Shown here: piece after piece, positions 62,002-64,000 of the stretch
Layout of the letters: every line of letters starts with the position of its first letter
Position numbering within the stretch: position 1 is the stretch's first letter
From: Polaromonas sp.
Lineage (GTDB): Bacteria > Pseudomonadota > Gammaproteobacteria > Burkholderiales > Burkholderiaceae_C
NCBI GenBank assembly: GCA_026400075.1
Contig: JAPLPS010000038.1
Span: forward strand, 2,459 to 66,458
DNA: 64,000 bases
Direction of reading: 5' to 3'
Translations under genes and position numbers: made by a program
The notes under the pieces: model-generated
What the model was told of the DNA's origin: nothing
The model's database searches: none
Seen by the model: only the letters and a program-made list of their open reading frames with translations

Positions 62002-63192
62002 ATGACACACCTCCCCGATTTTTCCCTGTCCCTGACCGCTTGCGGCACAACCGGGAAAACCCTGTCACGAAGAACTGCTCTGGGCGCCCTGGCGGCCCTG
62101 CCGCTGGCCTTTCATGCGGGCGCCCGTGCGCAGGACGGCGGCGCGATCAAGCTGGCCCAGTCCACCGCGATGACCGGCCCGCAAGTCGATCTCGGCCTGC
62201 CGATGCACCAGGGCGCCAAAGCCTATTTTGCCGCCCTCAATGCCAAGGGCGGCGTCAACGGCCACCCCATCGAGCTGACCGTCGCCGACGATGGCTACGA
62301 TGTGAAACGCTCGCTCACCAACATCAAAAGCTTTATCGCCGATGGCAGCTACTTTGCCATCTTCAACTGCCTGGGCACGCCGATGGTCGAGGCCATGCTG
62401 CCCTCGGTGATCGAGTCGGGCCTGCCGTTTTTTGCGCCGCTGACCGGCGCCCAGCTGGCCCGGCCCAGGGGCGTGCGCAGCGTGTTCAACATCCGCGCCA
62501 GCTACATCGATGAAACCGAAAATCTGGTCCGCCACCTGGCCACCATCGGCATCAAGCGCGTCGCCATCGTTCACCAGAACAACGCCTTTGGCAAGGATGT
62601 CGCCGCAGCGGCCAAGCGCTCCATCACCGAGCACAAATTGACAGAAACGGCCACCGCCACCATCGAAAACGACGCCTCGGACGCAGGCGCGGCCGCCGCG
62701 AAAATTGCCGCCTCCAATCCCGAAGCCGTGCTGCTGGGCCTGGCTGGCAAGCCGACGGTAGAGTTTGCCAAGGCGATTCGCCAGCAGCGCAAGGGCCTGC
62801 CGATGTACGCGCTGTCCGTGATGGGCGCAACTGCCACGCTCAAGGCGATGGGCGACGATGCCACCGGCATGACGGTCTCTCAGGTCGTGCCGCTGCCGAG
62901 CAACAACACCGTGCCGCTGGTGCGCGAATTCCAGCAGGTCTGGAAGGCCTCCGGCTCAACCGCCGAGCCGTCGCACATGGCGCTGGAAGGCTATGTCAAC
63001 GCCAAGGTGTTTGCTGAAATCCTGCGCCGCGCCGGACGCAACCCGACGCGCAGCGCCTTTATCGAGGCCGCCTGGGGCCTGAAACGCTACGACCTGGGCG
63101 GCTTTGAAATCAGCTTCACCGAAGGCGCGCCAAACGCCTCGCGCTTTGTCGAACTGACGATGGTCGGACGCGACGGGCGCCTGATCCGCTGA
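62002..63192 (+). CDS. Branched-chain amino acid-type ABC substrate-binding protein (Tat-like signal)
   Basis: SRRTAL signal; NAKGGVNGHPIEL, FNIRASY; paralogue of 28275-29390. Confidence 0.88.
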   Translation: MTHLPDFSLSLTACGTTGKTLSRRTALGALAALPLAFHAGARAQDGGAIKLAQSTAMTGPQVDLGLPMHQGAKAYFAALNAKGGVNGHPIELTVADDGYDVKRSLTNIKSFIADGSYFAIFNCLGTPMVEAMLPSVIESGLPFFAPLTGAQLARPRGVRSVFNIRASYIDETENLVRHLATIGIKRVAIVHQNNAFGKDVAAAAKRSITEHKLTETATATIENDASDAGAAAAKIAASNPEAVLLGLAGKPTVEFAKAIRQQRKGLPMYALSVMGATATLKAMGDDATGMTVSQVVPLPSNNTVPLVREFQQVWKASGSTAEPSHMALEGYVNAKVFAEILRRAGRNPTRSAFIEAAWGLKRYDLGGFEISFTEGAPNASRFVELTMVGRDGRLIR

Positions 63193-63240
63193 GATTTCCC
63201 GCGACACCCGGGCGCACCCCGATAGGACTTACCCCTAAAT

Positions 63241-63256
63241 TGTCTTCGCAATGACA
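63241..63256. promoter_or_regulatory. TGTC-N8-GACA palindrome upstream of the acyl-CoA ligase
   Basis: (T)TGTCTTCGCAATGACA(A). Confidence 0.55.
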
Positions 63257-63350
63257 AGCTAACGTCAAACTCCGCCTTACCATCCGTCACATACCCGCAG
63301 CGCTTCCTGAAAAAAGGGCTGCCCTGACAACGATGGAGACAAGGACCGGA

Positions 63351-64000
63351 ATGCGCACTACGTTCCCACAACTGCTGCTCAAGCATGCCAGCGAGCGCCC
63401 CGCCGCCCCCGCGATGCGGGAAAAAGAATACGGCATCTGGCAGGCGCACAGCTGGTCAGCGCTGGCCAGCCTGGTCGAGCAACTGGCGGCCGGACTGCAC
63501 CAGGCGGGCCTCGCACGCGGCGAGCACATGGTCGTGATCGGCACCAACCGCCCGCGTCTGTACGCCACGATGCTGGCGGTGCAGTCGCTGGGTGCGATTC
63601 CGATTCCGCTGTACCAGGACGCGGTCGGCGCCGAATGCGTTTTTCCACTGAACAACGCCGAAGTGCGCTTTGCGATGGTCGAAGACCAGGAGCAGGTCGA
63701 TAAGCTGATGGAAATCCGCAGCAGCTGCCCGCAAATCTCGAACATCTACTATGACGACCCGCGCGGTCTGCGCAAGTATGACGAGCCGGGTCTGGACGCG
63801 CTCGACACCTTGATTGAAGCGGGCCAGGCCTTTGCCAGTCAGAACCCATCCTGGTTCCGCGATGAAGTCGCCAAAGTCCAGAGCGGCGATGTGGCGGCGA
63901 TGTTTTTCACCTCCGGCACCACCGGCAACCCGAAAGGCGTGGTGCATACCCATGCCAGCCTGCTGGACCGCGCGATGGCGGGCGCCAGCTTTGATAAATT
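63351..64000 (+). CDS. Long-chain acyl-CoA synthetase (AMP-binding), runs off the window end
   Basis: Manual translation: MRTTFPQLL, REKEYGIWQ, EDQEQVDKL, FFTSGTTGNPKGV. Confidence 0.9.
   Translation, partial: MRTTFPQLLLKHASERPAAPAMREKEYGIWQAHSWSALASLVEQLAAGLHQAGLARGEHMVVIGTNRPRLYATMLAVQSLGAIPIPLYQDAVGAECVFPLNNAEVRFAMVEDQEQVDKLMEIRSSCPQISNIYYDDPRGLRKYDEPGLDALDTLIEAGQAFASQNPSWFRDEVAKVQSGDVAAMFFTSGTTGNPKGVVHTHASLLDRAMAGASFDK

Overview
GC-rich betaproteobacterial chromosome segment; gene content and order suggest Comamonadaceae (Polaromonas-like), which is an inference. It is mostly a housekeeping and metabolic backbone: rtcR, rlmJ, a GbsR-cydAB operon, an SAH-riboswitch-controlled ahcY-tlyA-metF-rlpA operon, a double-length uvrA broken by one in-frame TAG, carboxylate transporters, a feaR-tynA-porin-ALDH amine catabolic cluster, yceIJ, srkA, a TonB receptor, ldtD/mepK, htpG, a Csu-type pilus operon, an asparaginase and a Crp/Fnr-SBP-acyl-CoA ligase locus. 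The most unusual part is the accessory region at about 13.1-22.0 kb. It holds IS scars, an AT-rich translationally coupled two-gene module (2-TM protein plus small helical protein with matching Asn-rich ends), an SBP-TelA-SBP/vWA-XpaC-like operon and an ABC-ATPase/TOPRIM-like candidate defence pair. At least twice (rtcR, uvrA), cargo DNA sits directly behind a host stop codon and is closed by a displaced, decayed copy of that gene's 3' end, with no integrase nearby. I saw no tRNA, rRNA or CRISPR array. All family assignments come from motif recognition by eye, not database searches.
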